Positions 1 through 10,484 are shown, numbered from the stretch's first letter. The stretch is 32,000 nucleotides of DNA from Bacillus subtilis subsp. subtilis str. 168 (GCF_000009045.1 NC_000964.3:3300001-3332000); one strand, 5' to 3'. Notes: generated by a model not told the origin, from the sequence alone. A program made the numbers and translations.

Positions 1-2
1 TT

Positions 3-33
3 TTTAATAAAGAAAACCCGCTTCCGCGGGTTT

Positions 34-34
<1 letters not shown>
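3..34 (-). terminator. Rho-independent terminator downstream of yumB
   Basis: Stem AAAACCCGC (13-21) / GCGGGTTTT (26-34), loop TTCC. On the minus strand it is followed by TTTTCTTTATT. It overlaps the yumB stop codon (34-36). Confidence 0.6.
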
Positions 35-1323
<1,289 letters not shown>

Positions 1324-1542
1324 TTATTGGCGGGATTTTATGAAATATATTGAAAAGTTTTTTGTGAAGTCCTTACCCGTAGCACTATTATCATGTTTAT
1401 CCGGCTGGCCCAAGAAACATTCAGAAAAAGATCATTTCATTTGGTTATTATCGTAGCGGCCTGCGGAAATATTTTCAAGAACGGATGGGCACGTTAGATC
1501 CTTACGATTTTTTCTGCTGACTCGTCAATTTGAACGGCAATA

Positions 1543-1551
1543 TGGTATAAT
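1543..1551 (+). promoter_or_regulatory. Candidate extended -10 promoter element for yumC (TGGTATAAT)
   Basis: TG at 1543-1544 and TATAAT at 1546-1551, about 35 nt upstream of the yumC ATG. No good -35 at 17 nt. TTGAAC at 1528-1533 is too close. Confidence 0.4.
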
Positions 1552-1585
1552 TAATAACAATTTTCATTTAGGAGGCAATTTTCGT

Positions 1586-2584
1586 ATGCGAGAGGATACA
1601 AAGGTTTATGATATTACAATTATAGGCGGGGGACCGGTCGGCTTATTCACCGCTTTTTACGGCGGGATGAGACAGGCAAGCGTCAAAATTATCGAAAGCC
1701 TGCCTCAGCTCGGCGGACAGCTTAGCGCCCTATACCCTGAGAAGTATATATATGATGTAGCGGGATTCCCGAAAATCCGCGCGCAAGAGCTTATCAATAA
1801 CCTAAAAGAGCAAATGGCGAAATTCGACCAAACCATTTGTCTGGAGCAAGCGGTTGAATCTGTTGAGAAACAAGCGGACGGCGTGTTTAAGCTTGTAACA
1901 AATGAAGAAACCCACTACTCTAAAACGGTCATCATAACTGCAGGAAACGGCGCATTCAAACCGAGAAAGCTGGAACTTGAAAATGCCGAGCAGTATGAAG
2001 GCAAAAACCTCCATTACTTCGTTGATGATCTGCAAAAATTCGCCGGCAGACGCGTTGCGATCCTTGGCGGTGGAGATTCCGCGGTTGACTGGGCGCTTAT
2101 GCTTGAGCCAATCGCAAAAGAAGTATCGATCATTCACCGCCGCGACAAGTTCCGAGCGCACGAGCACAGTGTGGAAAACCTTCATGCGTCGAAGGTTAAT
2201 GTCCTGACACCATTCGTCCCTGCGGAGCTGATCGGCGAAGACAAAATCGAACAGCTAGTGCTTGAAGAAGTGAAAGGCGACCGCAAAGAGATTTTAGAAA
2301 TTGATGACTTAATCGTCAACTACGGTTTCGTTTCATCTCTTGGACCGATCAAAAACTGGGGCCTGGACATCGAGAAAAATTCCATTGTCGTGAAATCAAC
2401 AATGGAAACAAATATCGAAGGCTTCTTTGCAGCAGGTGACATTTGTACATACGAAGGAAAAGTCAACCTGATTGCCAGCGGCTTCGGCGAGGCACCGACA
2501 GCAGTGAACAACGCCAAGGCTTACATGGACCCGAAAGCCCGCGTACAGCCTCTTCACTCAACAAGTCTTTTTGAAAATAAATAA
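1586..2584 (+). CDS. yumC: Ferredoxin-NADP+ oxidoreductase, thioredoxin-reductase-like (332 aa)
   Basis: Motifs IIGGGPVG and [10 protein letters not shown] are present, and there is no CxxC redox centre. AGGAGG lies at 1570-1575. The full-length ORF matches YumC as I recall it. Confidence 0.95.
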   Translation: MREDTKVYDITIIGGGPVGLFTAFYGGMRQASVKIIESLPQLGGQLSALYPEKYIYDVAGFPKIRAQELINNLKEQMAKFDQTICLEQAVESVEKQADGVFKLVTNEETHYSKTVIITAGNGAFKPRKLELENAEQYEGKNLHYFVDDLQKFAGRRVAILGGGDSAVDWALMLEPIAKEVSIIHRRDKFRAHEHSVENLHASKVNVLTPFVPAELIGEDKIEQLVLEEVKGDRKEILEIDDLIVNYGFVSSLGPIKNWGLDIEKNSIVVKSTMETNIEGFFAAGDICTYEGKVNLIASGFGEAPTAVNNAKAYMDPKARVQPLHSTSLFENK

Positions 2585-2588
2585 TAAA

Positions 2589-2627
2589 AAAAGGAGCTTG
2601 TGTCTGCGACACAGCTCCTTTTTTATT
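2589..2627. terminator. Bidirectional terminator shared by convergent yumC and yuzG
   Basis: Stem GGAGCTTGTGTC / GACACAGCTCC (one bulged T), flanked by an A-run on the left and TTTTTTATTT on the right. It can therefore terminate in both directions. Confidence 0.75.
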
Positions 2628-2763
2628 TGAAGATATTTATATAATTCAATGCAGTTCCTACAACCAGCGCAATCACAAGGGCTGCGACTACCCAGATCAT
2701 TGCCATAATAATGCGGTCCTGAATCTTTTGGGACTTCGGTGTTTTTTCTTCGTTTTGGGCCAT
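2623..2763 (-). CDS. yuzG: Small single-pass membrane protein, 46 aa (MAQNEEKTPKSQKIQDRIIMAMIWVVAALVIALVVGTALNYINIFK)
   Basis: Hand-translated; it is below the ORF-track size cut-off. ATG at 2763 is preceded by GGAAAGGAG with about 8 nt spacing. It has one hydrophobic helix and a TAA stop at 2623-2625. The position matches yuzG of B. subtilis as I recall. Confidence 0.7.
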   Translation of the reverse strand: MAQNEEKTPKSQKIQDRIIMAMIWVVAALVIALVVGTALNYINIFK

Positions 2764-2952
2764 CTTATTCGCTCCTTTCCCATGTCCATGCCATAAAGAA
2801 AGCCTGGTGCTGAACGACCAAGCTTTGCTGAACGTATATCATTCGCGTTTTGATCCGCTCTCTAAGACCATTCGTTAAAACTATGATACCTAAACTCACC
2901 CTGCATGACAAGCTTCGGCACTTGCACCACACCTGCCAGCAAATCATAATGT

Positions 2953-2981
2953 TTGACATCCTAAATAAAACAGAGTACATT
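2953..2981 (+). promoter_or_regulatory. Candidate sigma-A promoter of guaC (TTGACA-N17-TACATT)
   Basis: TTGACA at 2953-2958, a 17-nt spacer, then TACATT at 2976-2981, about 60 nt upstream of the guaC ATG. Confidence 0.55.
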
Positions 2982-2989
2982 ATATAAGG

Positions 2990-3023
2990 CGAACATTTCA
3001 TATATTATACTTTTAAATATTCG
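2990..3023 (+). promoter_or_regulatory. PurBox-like inverted pair (candidate PurR operator)
   Basis: CGAACATT at 2990-2997 and AATATTCG at 3016-3023. The second is the reverse complement of the first with 1 mismatch, and they are 18 nt apart. The CGAAC core is characteristic of B. subtilis PurBoxes, and guaC is a reported PurR-regulon member. Confidence 0.45.
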
Positions 3024-3041
3024 TTTTTAGGAGTGAAAACC

Positions 3042-4022
3042 ATGGAAAACGTATTTGATTACGAAGATATTCAGCTAATTCCTGCAAAATGCATTGTGAA
3101 TAGCCGTTCAGAATGTGATACATCCGTACGTTTAGGCGGACATACATTTAAATTGCCCGTCGTCCCTGCCAATATGCAGACGATTATAGATGAAAAACTA
3201 GCGATTTCATTAGCCGAAAATGGCTACTTTTATGTGATGCACCGATTTGAGCCTGAGACACGAATTGATTTTATTAAAGATATGAACGCACGCGGGTTAT
3301 TCTCTTCTATCAGCGTGGGCGTCAAAGATGAGGAGTATGAATTTGTCCGCCAGCTGGCAGAAGAAAATCTGACTCCTGAATACGTGACAATTGACATTGC
3401 TCACGGGCACTCAAATGCTGTCATTGAAATGATCCAGCACCTTAAAAAACATTTGCCGGACAGCTTTGTTATTGCTGGCAATGTCGGAACGCCGGAAGCG
3501 GTCAGAGAGCTTGAAAATGCGGGAGCGGATGCCACTAAAGTCGGCATCGGACCGGGAAAAGTATGTATTACGAAAATCAAAACAGGCTTCGGCACAGGCG
3601 GCTGGCAATTAGCAGCGCTGCGCTGGTGTGCCAAGGCTGCCAGCAAACCGATTATCGCGGATGGCGGCATCCGCACCCATGGCGACATCGCAAAATCAAT
3701 CCGATTCGGCGCAACGATGGTCATGATCGGTTCACTATTTGCCGGACACGAAGAATCGCCAGGCCAAACGATCGAAAAAGACGGAAAGCTTTACAAGGAG
3801 TACTTCGGCTCAGCCTCTGAATTCCAAAAAGGCGAAAAGAAAAATGTCGAAGGCAAAAAAATGCACGTGGCGCATAAAGGCTCAATCAAGGATACACTGA
3901 TTGAAATGGAGCAGGATCTTCAATCTTCTATTTCTTATGCAGGCGGAACAAAGCTTAACGCCATCCGCAATGTGGATTATGTGATTGTGAAGAATTCCAT
4001 TTTTAATGGGGATAAATATTAA
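3042..4022 (+). CDS. guaC: GMP reductase (326 aa)
   Basis: IMPDH/GMPR-family TIM barrel with the catalytic-Cys loop [11 protein letters not shown]. The track ORF begins at a GTG (3033) inside the SD AGGAGTG, so I trimmed it to the ATG at 3042. Confidence 0.95.
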   Translation: MENVFDYEDIQLIPAKCIVNSRSECDTSVRLGGHTFKLPVVPANMQTIIDEKLAISLAENGYFYVMHRFEPETRIDFIKDMNARGLFSSISVGVKDEEYEFVRQLAEENLTPEYVTIDIAHGHSNAVIEMIQHLKKHLPDSFVIAGNVGTPEAVRELENAGADATKVGIGPGKVCITKIKTGFGTGGWQLAALRWCAKAASKPIIADGGIRTHGDIAKSIRFGATMVMIGSLFAGHEESPGQTIEKDGKLYKEYFGSASEFQKGEKKNVEGKKMHVAHKGSIKDTLIEMEQDLQSSISYAGGTKLNAIRNVDYVIVKNSIFNGDKY

Positions 4023-4026
4023 TCAT

Positions 4027-4074
4027 AAAAAAACGCCAAGTCAGCGGTTCTCCGCTTGAGTTGGCGTTTTCTGC
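4027..4074. terminator. Bidirectional terminator between convergent guaC and paiB
   Basis: Long stem AAAACGCCAAGTCAGCGG / CCGCTTGAGTTGGCGTTTT with loop TTCT, an A-run on the left and a T-run on the right. Confidence 0.8.
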
Positions 4075-4095
4075 TACTTCTTCAGCAAAGTAAGC

Positions 4096-4719
4096 TTATA
4101 TTTGCTTTTTGAGTTTATCTTCCATCAGTTCTGCCATTTGTTTTGCATTTGGATTTTCTTCATTTTGCAACTGTTCAATGACGTTCATATAATCCGTTTC
4201 ATTTCGGTTCTGGCTTAATTTATATGCCGCTTGAATGTCTTCCACCTTAATCTTAAATCCAACAATACCTTTCAATTCACTTTCTAAGAGTTTTGGAGAA
4301 AGCTTATCCCATAACACAGGATTGTCACGATGTTTTTCGTATTTCTCCAACATGATTGTTAATTCTTCTGCTAATTCATCTTTCTCTAACATACTTGCTT
4401 TTCCATACATGTGGACAGCCTGATAATTCCACGTCGGAACATTTTCGCGCGAATACCAGGAAGAAGAAATATAAGCGTGCGGTCCCTGAAACATCACAAG
4501 CACATCTTCACAGGCTTCAAACGTTCTCCACTGAGGATTTCCATAAGCGAAATGCCCCGTAATATAGTAATGATCGTCTTTTTTATTGAATCCTAACGGC
4601 AAATGTGTGGCAATTGGTTTTCCTTGTTCTGTTGTGACAACCGTACCAAAGGAGTTTTCTTGTACAAAATTCCAAATTTCTTCAGCATTTGTGACTTTAA
4701 AATATTTTGGAATATACAT
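4096..4719 (-). CDS. paiB: PaiB, FMN-binding split-barrel family putative transcriptional regulator (207 aa)
   Basis: The sequence is recognised as PAI 2. Three consecutive ATGs lie at 4725, 4722 and 4719 directly after GAAGGGTGG. Only the third has reasonable SD spacing, so the start is uncertain by +/-6 nt. Confidence 0.88.
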   Translation of the reverse strand: MYIPKYFKVTNAEEIWNFVQENSFGTVVTTEQGKPIATHLPLGFNKKDDHYYITGHFAYGNPQWRTFEACEDVLVMFQGPHAYISSSWYSRENVPTWNYQAVHMYGKASMLEKDELAEELTIMLEKYEKHRDNPVLWDKLSPKLLESELKGIVGFKIKVEDIQAAYKLSQNRNETDYMNVIEQLQNEENPNAKQMAELMEDKLKKQI

Positions 4720-4742
4720 CATCATCCACCCTTCGAAAAATA

Positions 4743-5270
<528 letters not shown>

Positions 5271-5310
5271 TCAGCCCCTTTATTTAAAATTCAATTGTCT
5301 TGTGTCCCTT

Positions 5311-5370
5311 TTATATATTTAAACACGGAACACATACTGACCTTGTTACCATTCCAAAAATCTTCTTCAT
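5311..5370 (-). CDS. Speculative 19-codon ORF (MKKIFGMVTRSVCVPCLNI) upstream of paiA
   Basis: Hand-translated. ATG at 5370 follows GGGAG with a 6-nt spacer, and TAA lies at 5311-5313. I recognise no homology, so it could be chance in AT-rich DNA. Confidence 0.2.
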   Translation of the reverse strand: MKKIFGMVTRSVCVPCLNI

Positions 5371-5390
5371 CACCAACTCCCTATCGTGAT

Positions 5391-5458
5391 TTTGTTGTAA
5401 ATGCAATAAAATATACTCCGCATTAAATATATCGTAACTTTGCTGTATTTACAACAAA
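5391..5458. repeat. 12-bp perfect inverted repeat TTTGTTGTAAAT ... ATTTACAACAAA with 44-nt spacer
   Basis: Arms at 5391-5402 and 5447-5458. It is extendable by GCA/TGC (5403-5405 / 5441-5443) across a 3-nt bulge. Read directly from the sequence. Confidence 0.85.
5410..5437 (-). promoter_or_regulatory. Candidate paiA promoter (TTACGA-N16-TATATT on minus strand) lying between the inverted-repeat arms
   Basis: The plus strand reads TCGTAA at 5432-5437 and AATATA at 5410-5415. The match is weak to moderate and the DNA is AT-rich, so false positives are likely. Confidence 0.3.
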
Positions 5459-5523
5459 AATCAAACAACAAAGCAGCGTTTCTCTTGCCGAAGTTCCCGG
5501 AACTCTCTGCATCATTTCCCCAT

Positions 5524-5570
5524 AATAAAAACGCCTCCCTTAACGATGATTTATCGCTAAGAAAAGCGTC
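5524..5570 (-). terminator. Terminator downstream of yutM
   Basis: The minus strand reads GACGC-TTTT-CTTAGCGAT-AAATC-ATCGTTAAG-GGAG-GCGTTTTTATT. That gives an inner 9-bp stem (one G.U), an outer 4-bp stem and a U-run. Confidence 0.6.
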
Positions 5571-5598
5571 AGTAATAGTTGCTATCCGTTTTTAGTGC

Positions 5599-5961
5599 TT
5601 AGCACTCTTCAGGCTTGCCTGCATTCGTTGCTGTTCTGAACGAAGAACCGCAGCCGCATGAAGCGATGGCGTTTGGATTGTCGATGGTGAAGCCGCCGCC
5701 GAGCATGGATTGTTTATAATCAATCACGGTGCCGTTCATGATGTCAAGGCTTTCTTTGTCAACTAGAACAGTGATGCCGTGCTGATCAAACACACTGTCT
5801 GATTCACTCTTTTCATGCTCAAAGCCCATGCCGTAAGAAAGTCCGCTGCAGCCGCCGCCTTTGACGCCTACACGCAGAAACGCGTTTTCTTCTTCATGCT
5901 CTTTCATCATATCTTTTATATGCAAAGCTGCTGCTTCTGTAATTGTTACCGGGTTGCTCAT
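5599..5961 (-). CDS. yutM: A-type Fe-S cluster carrier (IscA/SufA family, 120 aa)
   Basis: Cys ligand motifs GGGCSGLSYG and C-terminal SCGCGSSF are present. AGGAGG lies at 5971-5976, and ATGs at 5964 and 5961 have 6 and 9 nt spacing. The track's 5' extension to 6033 runs through the predicted promoter. Confidence 0.9.
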   Translation of the reverse strand: MSNPVTITEAAALHIKDMMKEHEEENAFLRVGVKGGGCSGLSYGMGFEHEKSESDSVFDQHGITVLVDKESLDIMNGTVIDYKQSMLGGGFTIDNPNAIASCGCGSSFRTATNAGKPEEC

Positions 5962-6000
5962 CATTATGAACCTCCTTTTAAAAACCGGTTGCTGTCTTTT

Positions 6001-6029
6001 ATTATAAACATGATCGTTCCAATTCTCAA
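6001..6029 (-). promoter_or_regulatory. Candidate sigma-A promoter of yutM (TTGAGA-N17-TATAAT)
   Basis: The plus strand reads TCTCAA at 6024-6029 and ATTATA at 6001-6006, separated by a 17-nt spacer. It sits in the 78-nt gap between the dapF stop and the yutM start. Confidence 0.55.
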
Positions 6030-6039
6030 ACAAGGTGTT

Positions 6040-6894
6040 TTACAAGAAATAGACACCCTCACAAACGGTTTCAGCCGGCCCTGTCATCATTACATGGCCG
6101 TTATCTTTCCAGTTTATCACCAAATCCCCGCCTGCTAAATGCACCGTGATGTCTTGATTTCGCTTTGATACGCCGTTTAATACAGATGCGACTGCCGCTG
6201 CACATGCTCCTGTCCCGCATGCCTGAGTAATCCCTGATCCCCGTTCCCAGACGCGGAAATGCAATTCTTGTTCATTCACGGTTTCAACGAATTCCACATT
6301 GATGCCTTCCGGAAATCTCGGATCTTTCTCAATCACCGGCCCCAGTGTCGTTAAGGGTGCCTGTTCAATGTCTGCGATCGGAAAAACGATATGCGGATTT
6401 CCCATTGAAACGGCAGTGCCTGTTAGTTCTACTTCACCAAATGCCATCGTTTCATTGATTGTGTGCTCTTCCCCGCCGTCAAGCATAGGAAGCTCGGATT
6501 TTGTCAAGCGCGGTTCGCCCATATCGACAGTGACCACATTCACTTTTCCGTTTTCGACTTGAACCTCCGCTTTCACAAGCCCGGAGAGAGTTTCAATCAG
6601 AAAAGATGTTTCCTCAACCAGCTTATGCTCATATGCGTATTTTGCGACGCAGCGCAGGCCGTTGCCGCAGTTTTTCCCTTCAGACCCGTCATTATTAAAA
6701 ATCCGCATTTTAACAGGCGCTTGGTCTGATGGGCATATCAGGATCATTCCGTCGGATCCGATCCCTGTATAAACAGAAGAAACCTGAATTGCAATCTCTG
6801 ACAGTTTTTCTTCTGGAAGCTGTTCTTCAAATTGATTCACATAAATATAACTGTTTCCCAGGCCGTGCATTTTGGTAAATCGAAATGAGTTCAT
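6040..6894 (-). CDS. dapF: Diaminopimelate epimerase (284 aa)
   Basis: Both catalytic Cys motifs are present, KNCGNGLRC and [10 protein letters not shown] trimmed it to the ATG at 6894, which follows TTGGAGG. The track start at 6906 is a TTG inside the SD. Confidence 0.94.
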   Translation of the reverse strand: MNSFRFTKMHGLGNSYIYVNQFEEQLPEEKLSEIAIQVSSVYTGIGSDGMILICPSDQAPVKMRIFNNDGSEGKNCGNGLRCVAKYAYEHKLVEETSFLIETLSGLVKAEVQVENGKVNVVTVDMGEPRLTKSELPMLDGGEEHTINETMAFGEVELTGTAVSMGNPHIVFPIADIEQAPLTTLGPVIEKDPRFPEGINVEFVETVNEQELHFRVWERGSGITQACGTGACAAAVASVLNGVSKRNQDITVHLAGGDLVINWKDNGHVMMTGPAETVCEGVYFL

Positions 6895-6975
6895 AGGTGC
6901 CTCCAACTTTTTTTCTTTTTCTTAGTATAAAAGCTATTATAAGCGGACACAATACAATTATCCCCCGTTTTTCAT

Positions 6976-7011
6976 ACATAAAAGCTCCTTGCACTGACGC
7001 AAGGAGCTTTT
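6976..7011 (-). terminator. Terminator downstream of yutK
   Basis: Stem AAAAGCTCCTTGC / GCAAGGAGCTTTT with loop ACTGAC. The minus strand is followed by TTTTATG. Confidence 0.75.
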
Positions 7012-7016
7012 ATCGT

Positions 7017-8231
7017 TTATATAAACATGCCGGCAATGGCTGCGCTGAGCAGATTGGCTAATGTTCCTGCAAGAACAGCCTTCAGGCCGAGACGTGCGAT
7101 ATCTGAACGGCGGCTGGGCGCTAAACCGCCAAGCGTACCAAGCATAATCGCAATTGATGAAAAATTGGCGAATCCGCATAACGCGAAACTGATAATGGTA
7201 GCAGTTTTCTTAGAAAACTCGCCGATGTGCGAACCGAAGTTAGAATAAGCGACAAACTCATTCAGCACCAATTTCTGGCCGATATAGCTTCCCGCCTGCA
7301 ATGCTTCATGCCAAGGCACGCCAATCAAAAAGGCGATAGGAGAAAACACATAGCCGAGAATGGATTCTAATGTTACGCCTTTTAAACCGAACAAGCCGAA
7401 AGCCCCGCCGAGAATACCGTTTACTACAGCGATTAACGCAACAAACGCAAGCAGCATCGCCCCAACATTTAACGCAATTTGCAGTCCTGTTGACGCTCCC
7501 TTTGCAGCTGCGTCAATGACATTGGCTGCGCCTTCGCCTTCATCCATTTTGAAATCGCTTTTTACGGTTTGCGTTTTTTCCGTTTCGGGTATAATCAATT
7601 TACCAAAGACTAGTCCAGCTGGAGCAGCCATAAAGCTGGCCGCCAGCAAGTACTCAATCGGAATACCGAGAAGCGCGTACCCAAACAAGGTAGATCCCGC
7701 AACTGCCGATAGACCGCTCGTCATAATCGTAAACAACTCAGAGCGCGTCAGCCCGGCAATCAGGGGTTTGATCACTAACGGAGATTCTGATTGTCCTACA
7801 AAAATATTGGCAGCAGCCGCCAGAGATTCCGTTTTGCTTGTTCCAAGGAGCTTCGACAATCCGCCGCCAATGACACGGAAAACGAGCTGCATGATTTTCA
7901 AATGATATAAAACTGCAATCAGTGCTGAGAAGAAAATGATAACGGGCAGTACACTTAATGCAAATGCCGGACTGTCTCCGACCTTTAGAAGCGGTCCAAA
8001 AATAAAACTGATGCCTTCATTCGCATAGTCAATCAGAAGCTGTACACGGCTTGAAAACCATAAAAAAACAGCGCGTCCCGCTTCCCATTTCAACACGATG
8101 TATCCAAACGCCACCTGTGTGCATAAACCAACGATGACGGTTCTTATCTTAATATTGCTTTTCTTTTCTGAAAATAAAAACGCGATAGCAATGATCGCAA
8201 CTGCGCCCAGCAGCCCCCACAGAACATTCAT
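7017..8231 (-). CDS. yutK: Concentrative nucleoside transporter, NupC/CNT family (404 aa)
   Basis: It is a polytopic membrane protein recognised as YutK. AAGAGGTG lies upstream of the ATG at 8231. Confidence 0.9.
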   Translation of the reverse strand: MNVLWGLLGAVAIIAIAFLFSEKKSNIKIRTVIVGLCTQVAFGYIVLKWEAGRAVFLWFSSRVQLLIDYANEGISFIFGPLLKVGDSPAFALSVLPVIIFFSALIAVLYHLKIMQLVFRVIGGGLSKLLGTSKTESLAAAANIFVGQSESPLVIKPLIAGLTRSELFTIMTSGLSAVAGSTLFGYALLGIPIEYLLAASFMAAPAGLVFGKLIIPETEKTQTVKSDFKMDEGEGAANVIDAAAKGASTGLQIALNVGAMLLAFVALIAVVNGILGGAFGLFGLKGVTLESILGYVFSPIAFLIGVPWHEALQAGSYIGQKLVLNEFVAYSNFGSHIGEFSKKTATIISFALCGFANFSSIAIMLGTLGGLAPSRRSDIARLGLKAVLAGTLANLLSAAIAGMFI

Positions 8232-8334
8232 GAATACTCGTACACCTCTTAAATTTTATTTAAAAAAATATCTTTTATACGATAACAATAATATTTTTTG
8301 ATGTCTACACATTTTTTTAGTTCTTTTGTACGGC

Positions 8335-8365
8335 AAAATAAAAAAGGGCCTGTCCAGGCCCTTTT
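8335..8365 (-). terminator. Terminator downstream of yuzB
   Basis: Stem GGGCCTG / CAGGCCC with loop TC. The minus strand is followed by TTTTTTATTTT. Confidence 0.75.
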
Positions 8366-8367
8366 CT

Positions 8368-8604
8368 TTAAAACATTGGATTTTCTTCAATAAAGGTATA
8401 TATATTCTCAACAAGCTCAGCAGGCGTTTCACCCATGACGACTTCTCCGTTTACCAGAGCGAAAAGCGATTCCATACATGTCCCGCAGTAGCTTAAGCAG
8501 CCATATTCAAGGACATCAAGGTTGGGATCCTTCTCCAAAATCGCCCGGGCTTCCTGAGAGCCGTGAGCCAGATTGCTGACACAAAATTCAATCATTGGAT
8601 TCAT
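8368..8604 (-). CDS. yuzB: Small four-Cys protein, DUF1450 family (78 aa)
   Basis: Cys residues at 8, 36, 40 and 43 (C-x27-C-x3-C-x2-C). GAGGTGA lies 6 nt before the ATG at 8604. Confidence 0.88.
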   Translation of the reverse strand: MNPMIEFCVSNLAHGSQEARAILEKDPNLDVLEYGCLSYCGTCMESLFALVNGEVVMGETPAELVENIYTFIEENPMF

Positions 8605-8627
8605 GCGGTTTCACCTCACATATGTCC

Positions 8628-8656
8628 ATTATCGCGAATTTTTCACTATTCGTCAA
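8628..8656 (-). promoter_or_regulatory. Candidate sigma-A promoter of yuzB (TTGACG-N17-GATAAT)
   Basis: The plus strand reads CGTCAA at 8651-8656 and ATTATC at 8628-8633, with a 17-nt spacer. Confidence 0.5.
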
Positions 8657-8762
8657 AGACAACGGATGATTCAAAATTTATTATCGTAACATATTATTTC
8701 TCAAATAACGTTTTACTAATTTGTGTTTTCAGGCTAAATTGTAGGTTATTTTGAAACTATTA

Positions 8763-8791
8763 TTGTGATTTTAGATCAAATTCGATATAAT
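8763..8791 (+). promoter_or_regulatory. Candidate sigma-A promoter of yutJ (TTGTGA-N17-TATAAT)
   Basis: TTGTGA at 8763-8768 and TATAAT at 8786-8791, leaving a leader of about 70 nt to the ATG at 8867. Confidence 0.55.
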
Positions 8792-8866
8792 TCTAGATGT
8801 TATTTTACATAGTTCGTATTTTCTTCAATGTATCTATCATACTCTTCGGATTAAAGGGGAATTCAA

Positions 8867-9934
8867 ATGAAAAAATTGGTCTTGATCGGCGGAGGTTACG
8901 GGAACATGCGCGTTCTTCATCGCTTATTGCCAAACCAGCTGCCTGATGATGTTTCAATCACGTTAATTGACAGAAATCCTTATCACTGCTTGAAAACAGA
9001 ATATTATGCCCTTGCCGCAGGCACAATTTCTGACCATCATATCAGAGTGTCATTCCCAGAGCACCCTCGCCTGGATGTCCAATACGGTGATATCACATCA
9101 ATTGATATTGTACAAAAACAAGTGCTGTTCCAAGATCGTGAACCGATTTCTTACGATGACGCCATAATCGGGCTCGGCTGTGAGGATAAATATCACAACG
9201 TGCCGGGAGCGCCTGAATTCACCTACAGTATTCAAACCATCGATCAGTCCCGCGAAACCTACCAAAAGCTGAATAATCTGAGCGCTAATGCCACCGTCGC
9301 CATTGTCGGAGCGGGCTTAAGCGGCGTTGAGCTTGCAAGTGAATTGAGAGAAAGCCGTGATGACCTGAACATTATTTTGTTCGACCGCGGTAATCTCATT
9401 TTATCAAGCTTTCCCGAGCGTTTAAGCAAATATGTGCAAAAATGGTTCGAAGAGCACGGTGTCCGCATTATTAACAGGGCAAATATCACAAAAGTAGAAG
9501 AAGGCGTTGTGTATAACCACGATGATCCGATTTCTGCAGACGCCATCGTGTGGACAGCCGGCATCCAGCCAAACAAAGTCGTCAGAGACTTAGATGTGGA
9601 GAAGGACGCACAAGGGCGTATTGTATTAACGCCTCATCATAATCTTCCAGGTGATGAACATCTGTACGTTGTCGGCGATTGCGCCAGTCTTCCTCATGCA
9701 CCGAGCGCCCAGCTGGCAGAGGCTCAAGCAGAGCAGATTGTCCAAATCTTGCAAAAACGCTGGAATGGAGAAGCCCTGCCTGAATCAATGCCGCAGTTTA
9801 AGCTGAAAGGCGTCCTCGGTTCACTCGGAAAAAAAGCCGGCTTCGGGCTTGTTGCTGACCGTCCGCTGATCGGCCGTGTTCCGCGTATGCTGAAATCCGG
9901 CTTGCTGTGGATGTATAAACACCATAACGGTTAA
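8867..9934 (+). CDS. yutJ: Type-II NADH dehydrogenase-like FAD oxidoreductase (355 aa)
   Basis: Motifs LIGGGYGN and IVGAGLSGVE are present. It is a paralogue of yumB in the same window. AAAGGGGA lies before the ATG. Confidence 0.92.
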   Translation: MKKLVLIGGGYGNMRVLHRLLPNQLPDDVSITLIDRNPYHCLKTEYYALAAGTISDHHIRVSFPEHPRLDVQYGDITSIDIVQKQVLFQDREPISYDDAIIGLGCEDKYHNVPGAPEFTYSIQTIDQSRETYQKLNNLSANATVAIVGAGLSGVELASELRESRDDLNIILFDRGNLILSSFPERLSKYVQKWFEEHGVRIINRANITKVEEGVVYNHDDPISADAIVWTAGIQPNKVVRDLDVEKDAQGRIVLTPHHNLPGDEHLYVVGDCASLPHAPSAQLAEAQAEQIVQILQKRWNGEALPESMPQFKLKGVLGSLGKKAGFGLVADRPLIGRVPRMLKSGLLWMYKHHNG

Positions 9935-9943
9935 TGATAGAGA

Positions 9944-9972
9944 AGAACCGCTGATCAAGTCAGCGGTTTTCT
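9944..9972. terminator. Bidirectional terminator between convergent yutJ and yuzD
   Basis: Stem ACCGCTGA / TCAGCGGT with loop TCAAG, then TTTTCTG. The yuzD stop codon (9960-9962) lies inside the hairpin. Confidence 0.7.
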
Positions 9973-10286
9973 GTATACCCATGCTTCTCCATTTCCTCAT
10001 AAACGTCTTTTAATTTTGGATTGCCTTCACCGACAATTTTGTCTTCTACAAGCACAAGCGGATAAAAATACTCGTCATTTCTGATTTTTTCCGCAAGCTC
10101 TTTCGCATGTTCATTGTCAGGCGGCTCATGAATATCGATGTACTGCATCTCAAAAGGCTGATTTGGATATTTTCTTTTCAGCGCAGCCTCAAGCCACTCG
10201 TATGTATCCTTGGCTGTCGGCATATTTACACAGCTCGCACAAACGTTTTCTGCCCCGTACACGCTTAGCATGACTGGTTTCATCAC
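9960..10286 (-). CDS. yuzD: Thioredoxin-fold CxxC protein, DUF1462 family (107-108 aa)
   Basis: CxxC motif VCASCVNMP is present. GTG at 10286 lies 9 nt after AAGGGGG, and ATG at 10283 lies 12 nt after it. The track's 46-codon 5' extension has no SD and crosses the divergent promoter region. Confidence 0.85.
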   Translation of the reverse strand: MMKPVMLSVYGAENVCASCVNMPTAKDTYEWLEAALKRKYPNQPFEMQYIDIHEPPDNEHAKELAEKIRNDEYFYPLVLVEDKIVGEGNPKLKDVYEEMEKHGYTENR

Positions 10287-10369
10287 TTGTAGACGCCCCC
10301 TTCTCCTATGTAAGTCCTTTCTTTTAAGTATACAGAGCCTAAGGGCGTTTTTATAGAAAAAAACCGTTT

Positions 10370-10397
10370 TTGTGTTGAAGTCTGAATGTGCTATAAT
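10370..10397 (+). promoter_or_regulatory. Candidate promoter of yutI with extended -10 (TTGTGT-N16-TGCTATAAT)
   Basis: TGC plus TATAAT at 10389-10397 and a weak -35 TTGTGT at 10370-10375. Confidence 0.5.
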
Positions 10398-10484
10398 AGG
10401 GAAAGCAACTTTGCAAACCAAACAATAGATTTTTATTGTTACACTGAATATAATGGTTTTATGACGACGAAAGGAGCGAATGTC

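Noticed and set aside
2765-3001. 78-aa minus-strand ORF in the yuzG-guaC intergenic region.
   Set aside because: The ATG at 3001 is preceded by pure AT-rich sequence with no SD. The ORF overlaps the guaC promoter and PurBox region, and its frame differs from the convincing yuzG ORF immediately downstream.
8098-8754. Small plus-strand ORFs at 8098-8301 and 8563-8754 around the yutK and yuzB 5' ends.
   Set aside because: Both begin antisense within real genes and continue into AT-rich promoter DNA. They have no SD and no recognisable sequence features.
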